Positions 21,115 through 30,939 of a stretch of 64,000 bases of DNA are shown here, piece after piece. The number at the start of each line of letters is the position of its first letter. Within the stretch, counting starts at the first letter, position 1. The position numbers were made by a program, and so were the translations under genes. Under the pieces are notes generated by a model. The model made no database searches, was not told the origin of the DNA, and was given only the letters and a program-made list of their open reading frames with translations. The stretch is from positions 14,915 to 78,914 of the forward strand of contig JBCCYL010000023.1 of NCBI GenBank assembly GCA_039189765.1. Direction: 5' to 3'. Source of the DNA: Cyanobacteria bacterium P01_F01_bin.150. GTDB lineage: Bacteria; Cyanobacteriota; Cyanobacteriia; CAKZMO01.

Positions 21115-23271
21115 TTGACTATGAGCTTTTGGTTGGCCCTTCAATCTAATATCCCTATCACTGTTGAAGAAAAGCGATCGCTTCGAACCCTTCATTTCAG
21201 CCCTTTCTTCGTGATGGGATTAGGCATTCGTTTGCTCTTAATCTTAATAGCGTTTCCAAAGACACAGCAAGATTGGTTTCTACCCTTTATCTCTACCCCA
21301 CTTGCCTCCAAAATCCCAGCACTTTTGAATCCTTGGGGCACGTATCTCAGTTCTGGGGGAAATGCGTTGTCATTTCCCTATGGGATCATCATGTATTTGG
21401 CTTATTTACCTTTAACAGGATTGGGATGGCTGGTTGATCAAGGGTTACACATCAATTGGTTGGCGAAAGTCGGTTTTGGCCTGACATCGCTACTGTTTGA
21501 TTATGGGGTACTGATTGGCATTGCTTGCTTGGCTCGCAAGTATTCGGAAGGGCTTTTACTACTTACATACTGGTGCTCTCCAATTGTCATCTTCATTCTT
21601 TACTGGCATGGGCAATTAGACGTACTGCCCGTGCTGCTGCTTGTTTGGGGGCTGTGCCTGCTTCAATGGAATAGCCCAGTTGCAGGAGGTATTGCTTTAG
21701 GGTTTGCGATTTCTAGCAAGTTCAGCATGCTGATTGCGATACCCTTTATCCTAATTTATCTTTATCGCAATCTACGACTACGGGAACAGCTTTGGACCCT
21801 AGCTGGAACAACTCTCATAACGGTTCTATTAACCATTGTCCCTTTTTTACAATCACCTGCATTCGTTGAGATGGTGATGCAATCGCGCGAAATACAGCGC
21901 ATTTATACCGTTCATTTGAGCTATGGTGATGATTTAAAATTATTTTTGTTGCCGTTTATTTACATTCTTTCTCTCTATCTTGTTTGGCGCCTAAAACGCA
22001 TTACTCTTGACCTGTTTATTATTTCAGTTGGGTTGGGTTTCTTTTCCCTGCTTTTGCTGCTACCGCCGGGGGCAGGGTGGTTCTTATGGATTATGCCCTT
22101 CTTAACGTTTTATCAGCTACGGTCACGGGGTGACTATTTGTGGATTACCTTCCCATTTTTTGGCCTGTACCTCAGTTATGGCCTCTTGTATTCCACGGGT
22201 GCAGATATTCCACTGCTAAACCTTAATTTAAGCGATTCTCTGGCTATCAATACTGTTTTATCGACTTCGATCAATCGCTCTATCTTATTCACTCTGTTGC
22301 AAGCATTCGGGCTGCTGATTTGCGCTCGGATGTATGCATTTGGCATACGGCGTAATAACTACTATCGAATGAGTCGCCGACCGCTTGCCATTGGAATCAG
22401 CGGTGATTCGGGCTCTGGCAAGGATACTCTCGTTCAAGGGATTGCAGACATATTGGGCACAAACGCAATCAGCCCTGTTTCAGGTGATGACTATCACAAG
22501 TGGGAGCGAAATCATCCGATGTGGTCGGCACGAACTCACCTTAATCCCAATGCAAATAATCTTTCGCGTCTTACTCAAGACATCTCTGTTCTATTAGATG
22601 GTCAGTTCATCTGGAAGCGAGAGTACGACCATTCAACCGGAAAATTCACGAACCCGATAAAAATACCAAGTCGTGATTTTGTTATCGTTAGCGGTCTGCA
22701 TACGCTGTATCTCAAGAGACTTAGGGAGCAACTGGATCTGAAAATTTTCCTTGATATTGATGAGGATTTACGGATTCACTGGAAAGCGAAGCGTGATCAG
22801 ATAGACAGAGGACACAACCAGGCAGATGTGGCTGTTGCGATCGCCCAGCGCCAGCCAGATAGTCAGCAATTTATTCATAGTCAATCGCGCTATGCCGATC
22901 TGATTTTTAAGTTAGCTCCCGTCAATCCTAATTATCTGGAGGCTTATGGGCGATCGCCGCGATTAAAGCTCTTTGTACAGATGGCAAATGGATTTTTTCA
23001 TGAAAGCCTCGTACATAATCTTGTTGCTTTGTGCGGGATGCATGTTGATGTTGAGCAGTCTGAACACTTAGACTTCATTCATCTTTGTATTGAAGGCGAC
23101 GCTGATAAAGATGACATCTCAGAAATTGCTAGACTCTTGATTCCAAATTTAGATGACTTGGTCGTTAGGCAGCCAAATTGGTATGAGGGATGTTCTGGTT
23201 TAATGCAGGTTATTGTTCTGGCTCATATCTCAGATCGTCTACACCAAGGGAGAAACTACCGCCATGCTTAA
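21115..23271 (+). CDS. Fusion: GT-C-like (GT87/PIG-M-like) membrane domain + phosphoribulokinase/uridine kinase-family P-loop domain
   Basis: ~410 hydrophobic residues with FPYG, HGQLD, SKF motifs; then IGISGDSGSGKDT, GDDYHKWER, YDHSTGKF, KIFLD...W...RD...RG. Confidence 0.75.
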   Translation: MTMSFWLALQSNIPITVEEKRSLRTLHFSPFFVMGLGIRLLLILIAFPKTQQDWFLPFISTPLASKIPALLNPWGTYLSSGGNALSFPYGIIMYLAYLPLTGLGWLVDQGLHINWLAKVGFGLTSLLFDYGVLIGIACLARKYSEGLLLLTYWCSPIVIFILYWHGQLDVLPVLLLVWGLCLLQWNSPVAGGIALGFAISSKFSMLIAIPFILIYLYRNLRLREQLWTLAGTTLITVLLTIVPFLQSPAFVEMVMQSREIQRIYTVHLSYGDDLKLFLLPFIYILSLYLVWRLKRITLDLFIISVGLGFFSLLLLLPPGAGWFLWIMPFLTFYQLRSRGDYLWITFPFFGLYLSYGLLYSTGADIPLLNLNLSDSLAINTVLSTSINRSILFTLLQAFGLLICARMYAFGIRRNNYYRMSRRPLAIGISGDSGSGKDTLVQGIADILGTNAISPVSGDDYHKWERNHPMWSARTHLNPNANNLSRLTQDISVLLDGQFIWKREYDHSTGKFTNPIKIPSRDFVIVSGLHTLYLKRLREQLDLKIFLDIDEDLRIHWKAKRDQIDRGHNQADVAVAIAQRQPDSQQFIHSQSRYADLIFKLAPVNPNYLEAYGRSPRLKLFVQMANGFFHESLVHNLVALCGMHVDVEQSEHLDFIHLCIEGDADKDDISEIARLLIPNLDDLVVRQPNWYEGCSGLMQVIVLAHISDRLHQGRNYRHA

Positions 23272-24046
23272 ACAACTTAATGGCGACAAATCATCATTGA
23301 CTAGACCCGATGCGGTTCTGTTTGATACGGACAACACGCTTTACGCATATCCTCCTGCCAAAAAAAAGGCAGATCGTGCGGTAGAAGAGAAGGCTGGTAA
23401 CTTGCTGGGTATCACGCCAGAAGTATTTCGAATGGCCTATAAACAAGCAAGGCGTGAAATTAAAGACCAGTTAGGGCATACGGCCAGTAGCCATAGCCGC
23501 TTACTCTACTTCCAGAGAATGCTAGAACTGCTTGGATTTAAGGCACAACTGCTTATTGCCCTTGACTTAGAGCAAACTTTCTGGCGTACGTTTCTGGCTA
23601 ACGCGCCATTGTTTCCAGGGGTTATGGACGTATTGGATGATTTACGCAGTAACAATATTCCGATTGCAATCGTCACCGATCTAACCGCCCATATTCAACT
23701 TCGGAAGCTGACCTATTTTCATCTTGAAGAAACCTTTGATGCGGTGGTGACATCTGAGGAAGTGGGAGCTGATAAACCTGATCCACGAAATTTTGAACTA
23801 GTCCTTAAAAAGTTGAGCATAAGCTCTTATACTCAAATCTGGATGGTGGGAGATAACCCCGCAACAGACATCGTAGGGGGACGGCATATTAATGCAGTCA
23901 CATTTCAGAAAATTCATTCTGGTGTCCGCGTAGGAACAGGCAATGAAACGCCTGACTTTACATTTGAAAATTTTAATGAGTTAGGACGATGCATTATGGA
24001 TGTATTGTCTAGCACCGATTCTCAAAAGAAGGAACTTGCAAGATAA
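23264..24046 (+). CDS. HAD-superfamily hydrolase (phosphatase)
   Basis: FDTDNTL motif I, IVTD, KPDP, MVGDN..TD; ATG 23264 overlaps the upstream stop. Confidence 0.9.
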   Translation: MLKQLNGDKSSLTRPDAVLFDTDNTLYAYPPAKKKADRAVEEKAGNLLGITPEVFRMAYKQARREIKDQLGHTASSHSRLLYFQRMLELLGFKAQLLIALDLEQTFWRTFLANAPLFPGVMDVLDDLRSNNIPIAIVTDLTAHIQLRKLTYFHLEETFDAVVTSEEVGADKPDPRNFELVLKKLSISSYTQIWMVGDNPATDIVGGRHINAVTFQKIHSGVRVGTGNETPDFTFENFNELGRCIMDVLSSTDSQKKELAR

Positions 24047-24127
24047 GGGGATTCGTTTCAAAGTGAAACAAACTCAACGGTAGTGGAGGCGCTCCGCGTC
24101 CCCACTACGCGCCTAAAGTTGATATTC
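24047..24127 (+). repeat. Family 1 element, copy D
   Basis: GGGGATTCGTTTCAAAGTGAAAC ... CGCCTAAAGTTGATATTC; exact 8-bp flanking direct repeat CAAGATAA. Confidence 0.85.
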
Positions 24128-24159
24128 CAAGATAATAGCGATGTTAGTAATCGTGAATG

Positions 24160-24747
24160 CTAAAGTATCCATCGCTCAGGCATTTTGGTACAAACTGCAT
24201 CCATAATCATGTCTTGCTTTGTCAGCTCTAACTGTAAAGACTGGAGCATTTCTGGTGGATGGCTCTGTAGCTCAGGGGAGACTAAACATAGACGGAAGCC
24301 TGCGTCTTTAAGACGCTCATAGTCTTGCTTGGTAAGCGGAAATCGAGTAAATACATCAACCCATATCCATTGCACCATTCCCGCCAGGGTTAACGCAGTT
24401 TCAATCGACTCATATTCAGACACTCTGACCGCACATCGGGATTCCCCTAAGCGGGCAGTCTTAATCAGAAAAGGAAAGGACTGATCCAGAAAAAAGAAAT
24501 CTTGGATATTATGCTTGTCCATTAACGCTAGCAGTCGGTCTTCCAGTCCCTCTTCTTTTACGTTTAAGATAATTAATCCATGCTGATAGCCCATTAACCA
24601 TTCTTCCAGCGCGATCGCCTCCACAAACGGGTCGTGATGAACAACTAGCTTATCCCCATAGCTGCGAATATCAATTTCTACACCCCATTCGGGTCTGGTG
24701 TCTTTGAGCAAATCTAGAGTATTACGTCGATGATGAATAATAAGCAT
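24160..24747 (-). CDS. Glycerophosphodiester phosphodiesterase (PLC-like TIM barrel) family protein
   Basis: HRRN, GVEIDIR, VVHHDP, LNVKE, VSPEL, AVCT motifs. Confidence 0.75.
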   Translation of the reverse strand: MLIIHHRRNTLDLLKDTRPEWGVEIDIRSYGDKLVVHHDPFVEAIALEEWLMGYQHGLIILNVKEEGLEDRLLALMDKHNIQDFFFLDQSFPFLIKTARLGESRCAVRVSEYESIETALTLAGMVQWIWVDVFTRFPLTKQDYERLKDAGFRLCLVSPELQSHPPEMLQSLQLELTKQDMIMDAVCTKMPERWIL

Positions 24748-24852
24748 AGGTTGGCCACGAATGGAATGTCATATACTGTTGATTGGCTCATATATTGAGG
24801 TACTCTACACCCCAATATCTTGTTAAATTCTTCTTAAACCTTGGATTGAGAA

Positions 24853-25572
24853 TTAACGGCTCTCTATAAGCTGTAGGCGGCGACGCAATTCCCAGGTAAA
24901 GTCAATTGTACGTTTAATGAACTTTAGCTTAGCTTTCCAATTAATATTCCATCGAGAAATTCCGTGCGCTCGTTCCCCAAAACGAACCTCAAATCGAATA
25001 ATTTTAAACTTACTTTTGAGGGCCAGATAATAGCAATACAAGTCAAGGGAAAAATCATAAGGAGGATCCTGCCAACGGTTAAAAAAGCTAGCTGAGAAAA
25101 GATTAGGCTGGGCATTAATTTCCCATAGTGGAACCCGTAAAACTATCGTTTCAAATATAGCCATCCCAATGGTAAAAAATACGTCACTCAATGGACGCCC
25201 TTTTCGAGAGCCTTTGACATAAGTTTGCTCAGGATCTGCACTTTTTTCAAGCAGCCGTAATCCATCTAAAACATCTTTTGGGTCAGTCTGCATATCGGCA
25301 TGAGTCCAACCTAAAAACCGAGAGTTAGCAGCTTTTAGCCCTGCTAAAATTCCATATCCGTAGCCCTGATTAACCTCAACAATTACGGCCCTAGCAAAAG
25401 GGTAACTTGGCAACAGGTCCGCAAGCACAACCTGCGTATCGTCCGTCGAACCATTATCAACCAAGATGACTTCAACATCATCCCTATTCATCACCTGGGC
25501 AAAACGTTCCAGGATTAAAGGGATGTTTGGAGCTTCGTTGTAACATGGCAGCACAAGGGACAGCGTTTTCAT
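24853..25572 (-). CDS. GT2 glycosyltransferase, polyprenol-phosphate glycosyltransferase (DPM1/GtrB-like)
   Basis: LSLVLPCYNE, VDNGSTDDT, NQGYGYGI, HADMQTDP, F.ERAHG.S. Confidence 0.85.
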   Translation of the reverse strand: MKTLSLVLPCYNEAPNIPLILERFAQVMNRDDVEVILVDNGSTDDTQVVLADLLPSYPFARAVIVEVNQGYGYGILAGLKAANSRFLGWTHADMQTDPKDVLDGLRLLEKSADPEQTYVKGSRKGRPLSDVFFTIGMAIFETIVLRVPLWEINAQPNLFSASFFNRWQDPPYDFSLDLYCYYLALKSKFKIIRFEVRFGERAHGISRWNINWKAKLKFIKRTIDFTWELRRRLQLIESR

Positions 25573-25640
25573 GCTGATTAAAAGGTTATAGATGCTAAAG
25601 ATCAAGATGTGAGTAGCATAGCATCCGTTTGGCCTCGTTT

Positions 25641-26066
25641 CTAAGGACGATATTTTTGAGAGATATTCCGAGCATTCGGAGCCTTGAAGACAAGCAGCTT
25701 CATCCCCAAAAAATTGAGTAAGGCTGAGATGGAAGTGGAAACTAAAAATGCAATATTGATGCGAAATGAAAGACTAGTGGGCAGTAGCGACAGCATGTAA
25801 GCATTAACGCCAACGTTTACCACCAAGTTAGTTCCATAAACGGCAATAAATCGAAGAGCCTGTCTAATATTGGCAGATCCCGCTGAGAAGGTCCATGTGC
25901 GATTGACTTGATATGCGTAAGCCGTGCCGCATAGAAAACTGATTGCCTTGGCAAAAGATGGTGGCAACCAGAATAAAAGAGTTTTGTAGACCAATAAGTC
26001 AATAAGAACAGTACTGCCTCCTGTTAGGAGAAAGCGAAATAGCTGGGTGCGGGTTGATCTTGCCAT
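25641..26066 (-). CDS. GtrA family flippase
   Basis: RFLLTG..., VNRTWTF, LNFLGMKLLVF; four TM segments, 141 aa. Confidence 0.9.
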   Translation of the reverse strand: MARSTRTQLFRFLLTGGSTVLIDLLVYKTLLFWLPPSFAKAISFLCGTAYAYQVNRTWTFSAGSANIRQALRFIAVYGTNLVVNVGVNAYMLSLLPTSLSFRINIAFLVSTSISALLNFLGMKLLVFKAPNARNISQKYRP

Positions 26067-26102
26067 TGGTCAGAGCATCTGCAAATAAGGAAAGTCAGCG
26101 GT

Positions 26103-27761
26103 CTAAGATAGGGAGGGAGTAAGACGACTGGGGCGCATGGGTTCTAGGGCTGGCTGGCTCAGATTTGTTTTCTCTGAAGCATGCCAACGGTCGCCCTCCC
26201 ACCGATAGGGATGGCTGTCCCATTTATGAAAGCAAGATTGCCAGTACTCAAACGTTTTCAGGTCACTGGGTGTTCCCCAACAGAGATAATGATCAATCTC
26301 AAAAGTGACGCACTGGTAGCCGAGGGCGATCGCATCTTCAATGCAGCTATCAACATAGAACTCACCGTTTACGCGGCCATCTCGCTCAATCATCCGCTGG
26401 GCCGCAGCCTTAAAAATCTCTGTTGACCGGAAGGTAAAGGTACCTATGATGATAGGATCAGTCGCAGGGTCAGCTAACGGCTGTTTAACCGACACCCCTG
26501 TCACCCTATCACCCTCCGTTTTAACCCAGCCGTACATCTCTGGATGCTGAACTGCACCAGGATGACCACGCGTTACCCAGACAATGCAATCGACCTCTGG
26601 CCTATTGACGACCTGGGAAAATTGTTCTGGGTCAAATAAAACGCCATGATCGCAAGCGCTAATAGTTAAAGGCGCGGCATTGTCAATTTGATCGAGGGCC
26701 GCTAAGCAAGTCCGGGCTTGACCATCGGTCACAGCATCCAGCAGTGTAAAGGTGGGGTCAGTAAACTGTTCCTTAAGGATTCGGGTCAAGCCTTCGTTCG
26801 TTGCAGTGTGTTCTTTTAGGCAAACAAAGGCATAGTGCTGAGTTGCGGGTAAGCTATCTACAGCCTGCGCCACCATCGGCTTGACAGACACTGGAATTAA
26901 TGGCTTAGGGACCGTGTAGCCTGCGTTACGGAAGCGACTGCCGTGACCAGCCATGGGAATTAAAGTCGTTCCAGGCAACGGTTGTGCTGACGACGGTACA
27001 GACGTTATCAAATCTCGAAAGGCATTGGACCAGCGCTGGTATTCTTCTAGATCCTGGGGCGTGCCCCACTGCATAAAGTGCTGTAGTTCATAGACAGAGA
27101 CGGATAGTCCGGCCTGCACCATTAGGTTATAAACAACGCTGCAATAATATTCTCCTTTGACCTGAATATCCCGCTCCATCGTTTCCGTGAAAAAACGTTT
27201 TACGTAGCGCCCTTTGGCAAAATAGTAGGTGCCGCTGGAGGCAAACTCCTCCATTTTGTTATCTGTAAAGGGTTGCTTTTCCTGAATTTCTTGCATCCAC
27301 CCGTTTTCAACTCGCATAAATGCATAGTTGGTTTTTCCTAGAGAATGGGGATGAAATCCTTTATAAGCAGGCACACAGCCATCGGCTTGGCAGTCTTTGA
27401 CCCACTGCTTAAAGTGATGGAAATCCCAATAGCAAGTAAAGTCGCAATAGTTAACGATGGTCGGCGTTTCATCATCGATAACATCAAACGCCTGACTTAC
27501 CGCATATACGGGACCTTTCTTGTGAGGGGCGATCGGCACAATTTTTCCGGTGGGACAATACCGATACAAAATATCGGTCATTGCCGTGGTTTCCAAATGG
27601 TCTTGATTACAGATAAAAACAACATCAGTTTCCCCAGGAAACATATCCACCACATGGGCAATAATGGGCTTGCCTTCAACCTCAATCAGCGGTTTTGGCA
27701 CTGTGTAGCCTGCTCGCCGAAATCGTTCCCCAAACCCTGACATTGGAATAATAATTTTCAT
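26103..27761 (-). CDS. Tandem double nucleotidyltransferase (two NTP_transferase domains)
   Basis: IIPMSGFGERF..GY..PKPLI and LIPMAGHGSRF..GY..PKPLI; each domain ends GE[YF]Y...WGTP.DL. Confidence 0.88.
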   Translation of the reverse strand: MKIIIPMSGFGERFRRAGYTVPKPLIEVEGKPIIAHVVDMFPGETDVVFICNQDHLETTAMTDILYRYCPTGKIVPIAPHKKGPVYAVSQAFDVIDDETPTIVNYCDFTCYWDFHHFKQWVKDCQADGCVPAYKGFHPHSLGKTNYAFMRVENGWMQEIQEKQPFTDNKMEEFASSGTYYFAKGRYVKRFFTETMERDIQVKGEYYCSVVYNLMVQAGLSVSVYELQHFMQWGTPQDLEEYQRWSNAFRDLITSVPSSAQPLPGTTLIPMAGHGSRFRNAGYTVPKPLIPVSVKPMVAQAVDSLPATQHYAFVCLKEHTATNEGLTRILKEQFTDPTFTLLDAVTDGQARTCLAALDQIDNAAPLTISACDHGVLFDPEQFSQVVNRPEVDCIVWVTRGHPGAVQHPEMYGWVKTEGDRVTGVSVKQPLADPATDPIIIGTFTFRSTEIFKAAAQRMIERDGRVNGEFYVDSCIEDAIALGYQCVTFEIDHYLCWGTPSDLKTFEYWQSCFHKWDSHPYRWEGDRWHASEKTNLSQPALEPMRPSRLTPSLS

Positions 27762-27781
27762 AGTCCCGTTATTTTTATCCG

Positions 27782-28843
27782 TTATGCGGCCATTTCCAAC
27801 GCTTTACGATACTTTTCTGCATCCCAATCGGTTAGTTCTAAACATTGCTGATCCGACAGGAGATGCACATCAGTCCCACATGGCACCCGAAGTAAGACAT
27901 CTGCCTGGGCTTGTAGCATTGCTTCGGTCGCAGGGGATGCACCGTTCAACAAAATCACGCCTACCTTGGGAATAATCACGTAGGTAATGTCTTGCTGCCA
28001 CTTTTCAGACACGGTTGCCACATAGTCTGGGATGTTGTTGGTTTCAGTTGCAACAACAGGTCGTACACCACAAAATACAACATGGTCGGGATAGGCAGGA
28101 TTGCATTGTGCTAGCTCAAGGGTCCGCTCATCGGTGGCGATCGCCTGAATAACGGGTGCTTTAGGTAGAAATGCACCAGGAATAGTGTCCACCACAGCCT
28201 GAAGCTGGCTTAAATCAGGCGGGGAATACGATCTGGGTTCAAGATGTAAGCGCTGAATAACTTCTGCCTGCAAAGCTTCAGCCGATTGCAGAGTGTCACC
28301 CCCAACCACTAGTCCATGATTTTCTAGGATTAACACATCGACTCTTGCGTCACCTTTGACGGTGCGAGTATCGCCCACAACAGAGGCGATCGCCCTCGTC
28401 AAAGGTTTACCAGGTCGGCAGTAGGGAATCCACTGCCACGATAGTCCCCGTAGCTTCTCTGCCATCCTATCCTGACTGCCCATCGGTAACGTATGGGCAA
28501 TAACGTCTACAGAATGGCAATGCAAAACAGCGCGATGGGGCATTAACGTATGTAGCGTCGTTTCAATGGAGGGCCGCAGGGATGAACCAGACAATGATTT
28601 AAAGGGTCTGCTAAAGCTAGATGGACTCTCTATTTCATCCCAAATCTCTGCCAAATCTAGCGGAAGGAAAATGTCGTCAGTCAAAGCATTGGCCAACGAC
28701 TTCCCTGATGCTTTAACCCATAACACTCCATATTCTTTGATAGATGTGTTGCCACCAGAGGCTTGAATTAATGACGAATCAGCCCCCATCTGAGCGGAGA
28801 CTTCTCGAAGATACTGTAGATCTTCAGGCTCTTTAATATCCAT
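27782..28843 (-). CDS. Class II aldolase/adducin family protein (rhamnulose-1-P aldolase-like)
   Basis: GGNTSIK, VKASG, RPSIETTLH, VLHCHS, LENHGL, PDHVVF; likely start ATG 28843. Confidence 0.85.
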   Translation of the reverse strand: MDIKEPEDLQYLREVSAQMGADSSLIQASGGNTSIKEYGVLWVKASGKSLANALTDDIFLPLDLAEIWDEIESPSSFSRPFKSLSGSSLRPSIETTLHTLMPHRAVLHCHSVDVIAHTLPMGSQDRMAEKLRGLSWQWIPYCRPGKPLTRAIASVVGDTRTVKGDARVDVLILENHGLVVGGDTLQSAEALQAEVIQRLHLEPRSYSPPDLSQLQAVVDTIPGAFLPKAPVIQAIATDERTLELAQCNPAYPDHVVFCGVRPVVATETNNIPDYVATVSEKWQQDITYVIIPKVGVILLNGASPATEAMLQAQADVLLRVPCGTDVHLLSDQQCLELTDWDAEKYRKALEMAA

Positions 28844-28938
28844 AACGACTGCGATAAGCAAACGCCTCGCTGATTTTGGTGCAAATCTTACCACACCAGA
28901 GTGGTGACCGCTACAGATTTTCTTAAGAAACCTCACGA

Positions 28939-30912
28939 TTAGGCAGGATAAATGCGGAGGCGACGATTGGGTTCCTCGCCAAAACTGGATGACTTGAGTC
29001 GATAGTGCTCAATCAGTTCATGCTGCATCTTGCGGATATTGGCCGAACGGGGTAGAAGTTCCACGGGTTGTCCCTTGGGCAGGACAATTTGTTCAACCGC
29101 CAGACGAGCTTCTTCCAAAGCTTCCAGCTCATTTTCATTACCATTTCTACTGAACAGGGTTAGGTTAATTGGCTCGTCAACTCCACCCTCATCGATTCGT
29201 AGGATCCGCCGTAGTGCCCGAATCATCTGGGGCATATTGTTCGACTTAACGGTGTAGATCGGCAACTCCCGAACCTTTGCTAAATGACGCAGTTTGGAGT
29301 GATTTTTGACGTGACTCCTTAGCGCCAGTACGGCATCTGCACTATCCAGATCTTTAGTCAGAACTACAGGCATTTCCAATGTTTGAATCACTTGTTCAAG
29401 ACTATGACGACTTACTGCGTAGGGATAGACATGCAGCGGCAAATCTTCGCCATTGGGTCCCATCTCTAACCCGTCTTGAGCAATGGGAGTAGAGTCTTGC
29501 TCAAGCGTTTGCCCTGTTGAAGCCTGGGATGATCGAACTGAATTTCGAGCGGCAAAGGATTCACTCAATAACTTATCAAACTGCTGATGGGGACTAGCGT
29601 ACTGGGGTGGCACCACCGCAGTAGATAACGGCACACCGTTAAACCCAGCCTGGTCAGAGGCAGGCAGAGGATTCATGCGGCCTGAAATGCGCCAACCCTT
29701 TTTTCTTTTCGATCGTTTTCCATTAGACCAGCCCACACTTGAGGCTGGCGCAGTGGGCGGATAGGGAACATCAGGCTGCTCACGAGTGACTTCTACCTTG
29801 CCAGACTCTTTAACTGCCCGTACCTGAGGGTTAGGCAATCGCCCCCTCAACAAACTATCCACGGTATTGGACACATTATCGTGAACCGTCCAGCGATATC
29901 GCTCCAACATTTCAATGGCAATCTCAAAAGTAGGAGGAGCCTTACGCTCTAGGACACTCTTCTGGCTACCCCGGCGGCGGGCCTCATCATCACCGAGGGT
30001 GACAGACTGGATTCCCCCCACTAAATCCGATAGGGTTGGATTTTTAATCAGGTTTTCAATCTGGTTACCGTGGGCAGTCCCTACAAGCTGAACCCCTCGC
30101 TCGGCAATCGTACGAGCCGCTAAAGCTTCTAATTCGGTGCCAATTTCATCAATAACCACGACCTCAGGCATGTGATTTTCCACGGCCTCAATCATCACCT
30201 GATGCTGTAGCTCGGGACGGGCCACCTGCATACGACGGGCACGACCAATGGCAGGGTGGGGAATATCACCATCTCCAGCAATCTCATTAGAGGTGTCAAT
30301 GATAACGACTCGCTTGCCCAAGTCATCTGCCAAAACTCGGGCAATCTCCCGTAAGGCAGTCGTTTTACCTACGCCAGGGCGACCTAGAAGAAGGATGGAC
30401 TGGCCTAGACCCACCAAATCCTGAATCATGCCGATGGTGCCAAAAATAGCCCGTCCCACTCGACACGTCAGACCAATAACCTCCCCTGCTCGGTTGCGCA
30501 TGGCGCTAATTCGATGCAAGGTACGCTCAATTCCCGCCCGATTATCGCCACTAAACTGGCCAATTTGATCGACACAAGCATTTATATCGTCTGCCGTAAT
30601 CAGGGTTTCGGAAATATATTCAGCACGATCAGGAAAGCGAACTTCGGGCAGACGCCCTAAATCCATGATCACTTCGACTAAACGGTCTTTATCCGGATGG
30701 TCCACGATCGCTTTACGAATATGAGCTGGAAAAATGGCAAGCAGCTGCTCTAAGTCATCTGCAGCCACTCGCTCGACCATTTCTAAATTGTCTAAAGGGT
30801 TATTTTCCACAGCCATCTCCGGCGTAGAATCTCCTTCAGAGTCGTTAGCAATGTTTTTTGAAAATCGAGCATCAGGGCGGGAATAGGACGAATCGTGACG
30901 GTTTAAGGCCAT
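28939..30912 (-). CDS. ycf45: Ycf45 / SpoIIIAA-like AAA ATPase with R3H domain
   Basis: GRPGVGKTT, DTSNEIAGDGD, IDEIG, GTAHG; C-terminal R..QH..IE.Y.L.S.S.GEEP.RR. Confidence 0.9.
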   Translation of the reverse strand: MALNRHDSSYSRPDARFSKNIANDSEGDSTPEMAVENNPLDNLEMVERVAADDLEQLLAIFPAHIRKAIVDHPDKDRLVEVIMDLGRLPEVRFPDRAEYISETLITADDINACVDQIGQFSGDNRAGIERTLHRISAMRNRAGEVIGLTCRVGRAIFGTIGMIQDLVGLGQSILLLGRPGVGKTTALREIARVLADDLGKRVVIIDTSNEIAGDGDIPHPAIGRARRMQVARPELQHQVMIEAVENHMPEVVVIDEIGTELEALAARTIAERGVQLVGTAHGNQIENLIKNPTLSDLVGGIQSVTLGDDEARRRGSQKSVLERKAPPTFEIAIEMLERYRWTVHDNVSNTVDSLLRGRLPNPQVRAVKESGKVEVTREQPDVPYPPTAPASSVGWSNGKRSKRKKGWRISGRMNPLPASDQAGFNGVPLSTAVVPPQYASPHQQFDKLLSESFAARNSVRSSQASTGQTLEQDSTPIAQDGLEMGPNGEDLPLHVYPYAVSRHSLEQVIQTLEMPVVLTKDLDSADAVLALRSHVKNHSKLRHLAKVRELPIYTVKSNNMPQMIRALRRILRIDEGGVDEPINLTLFSRNGNENELEALEEARLAVEQIVLPKGQPVELLPRSANIRKMQHELIEHYRLKSSSFGEEPNRRLRIYPA

Positions 30913-30939
30913 AAATTCAAGGACTAATAGTCGATAGAC

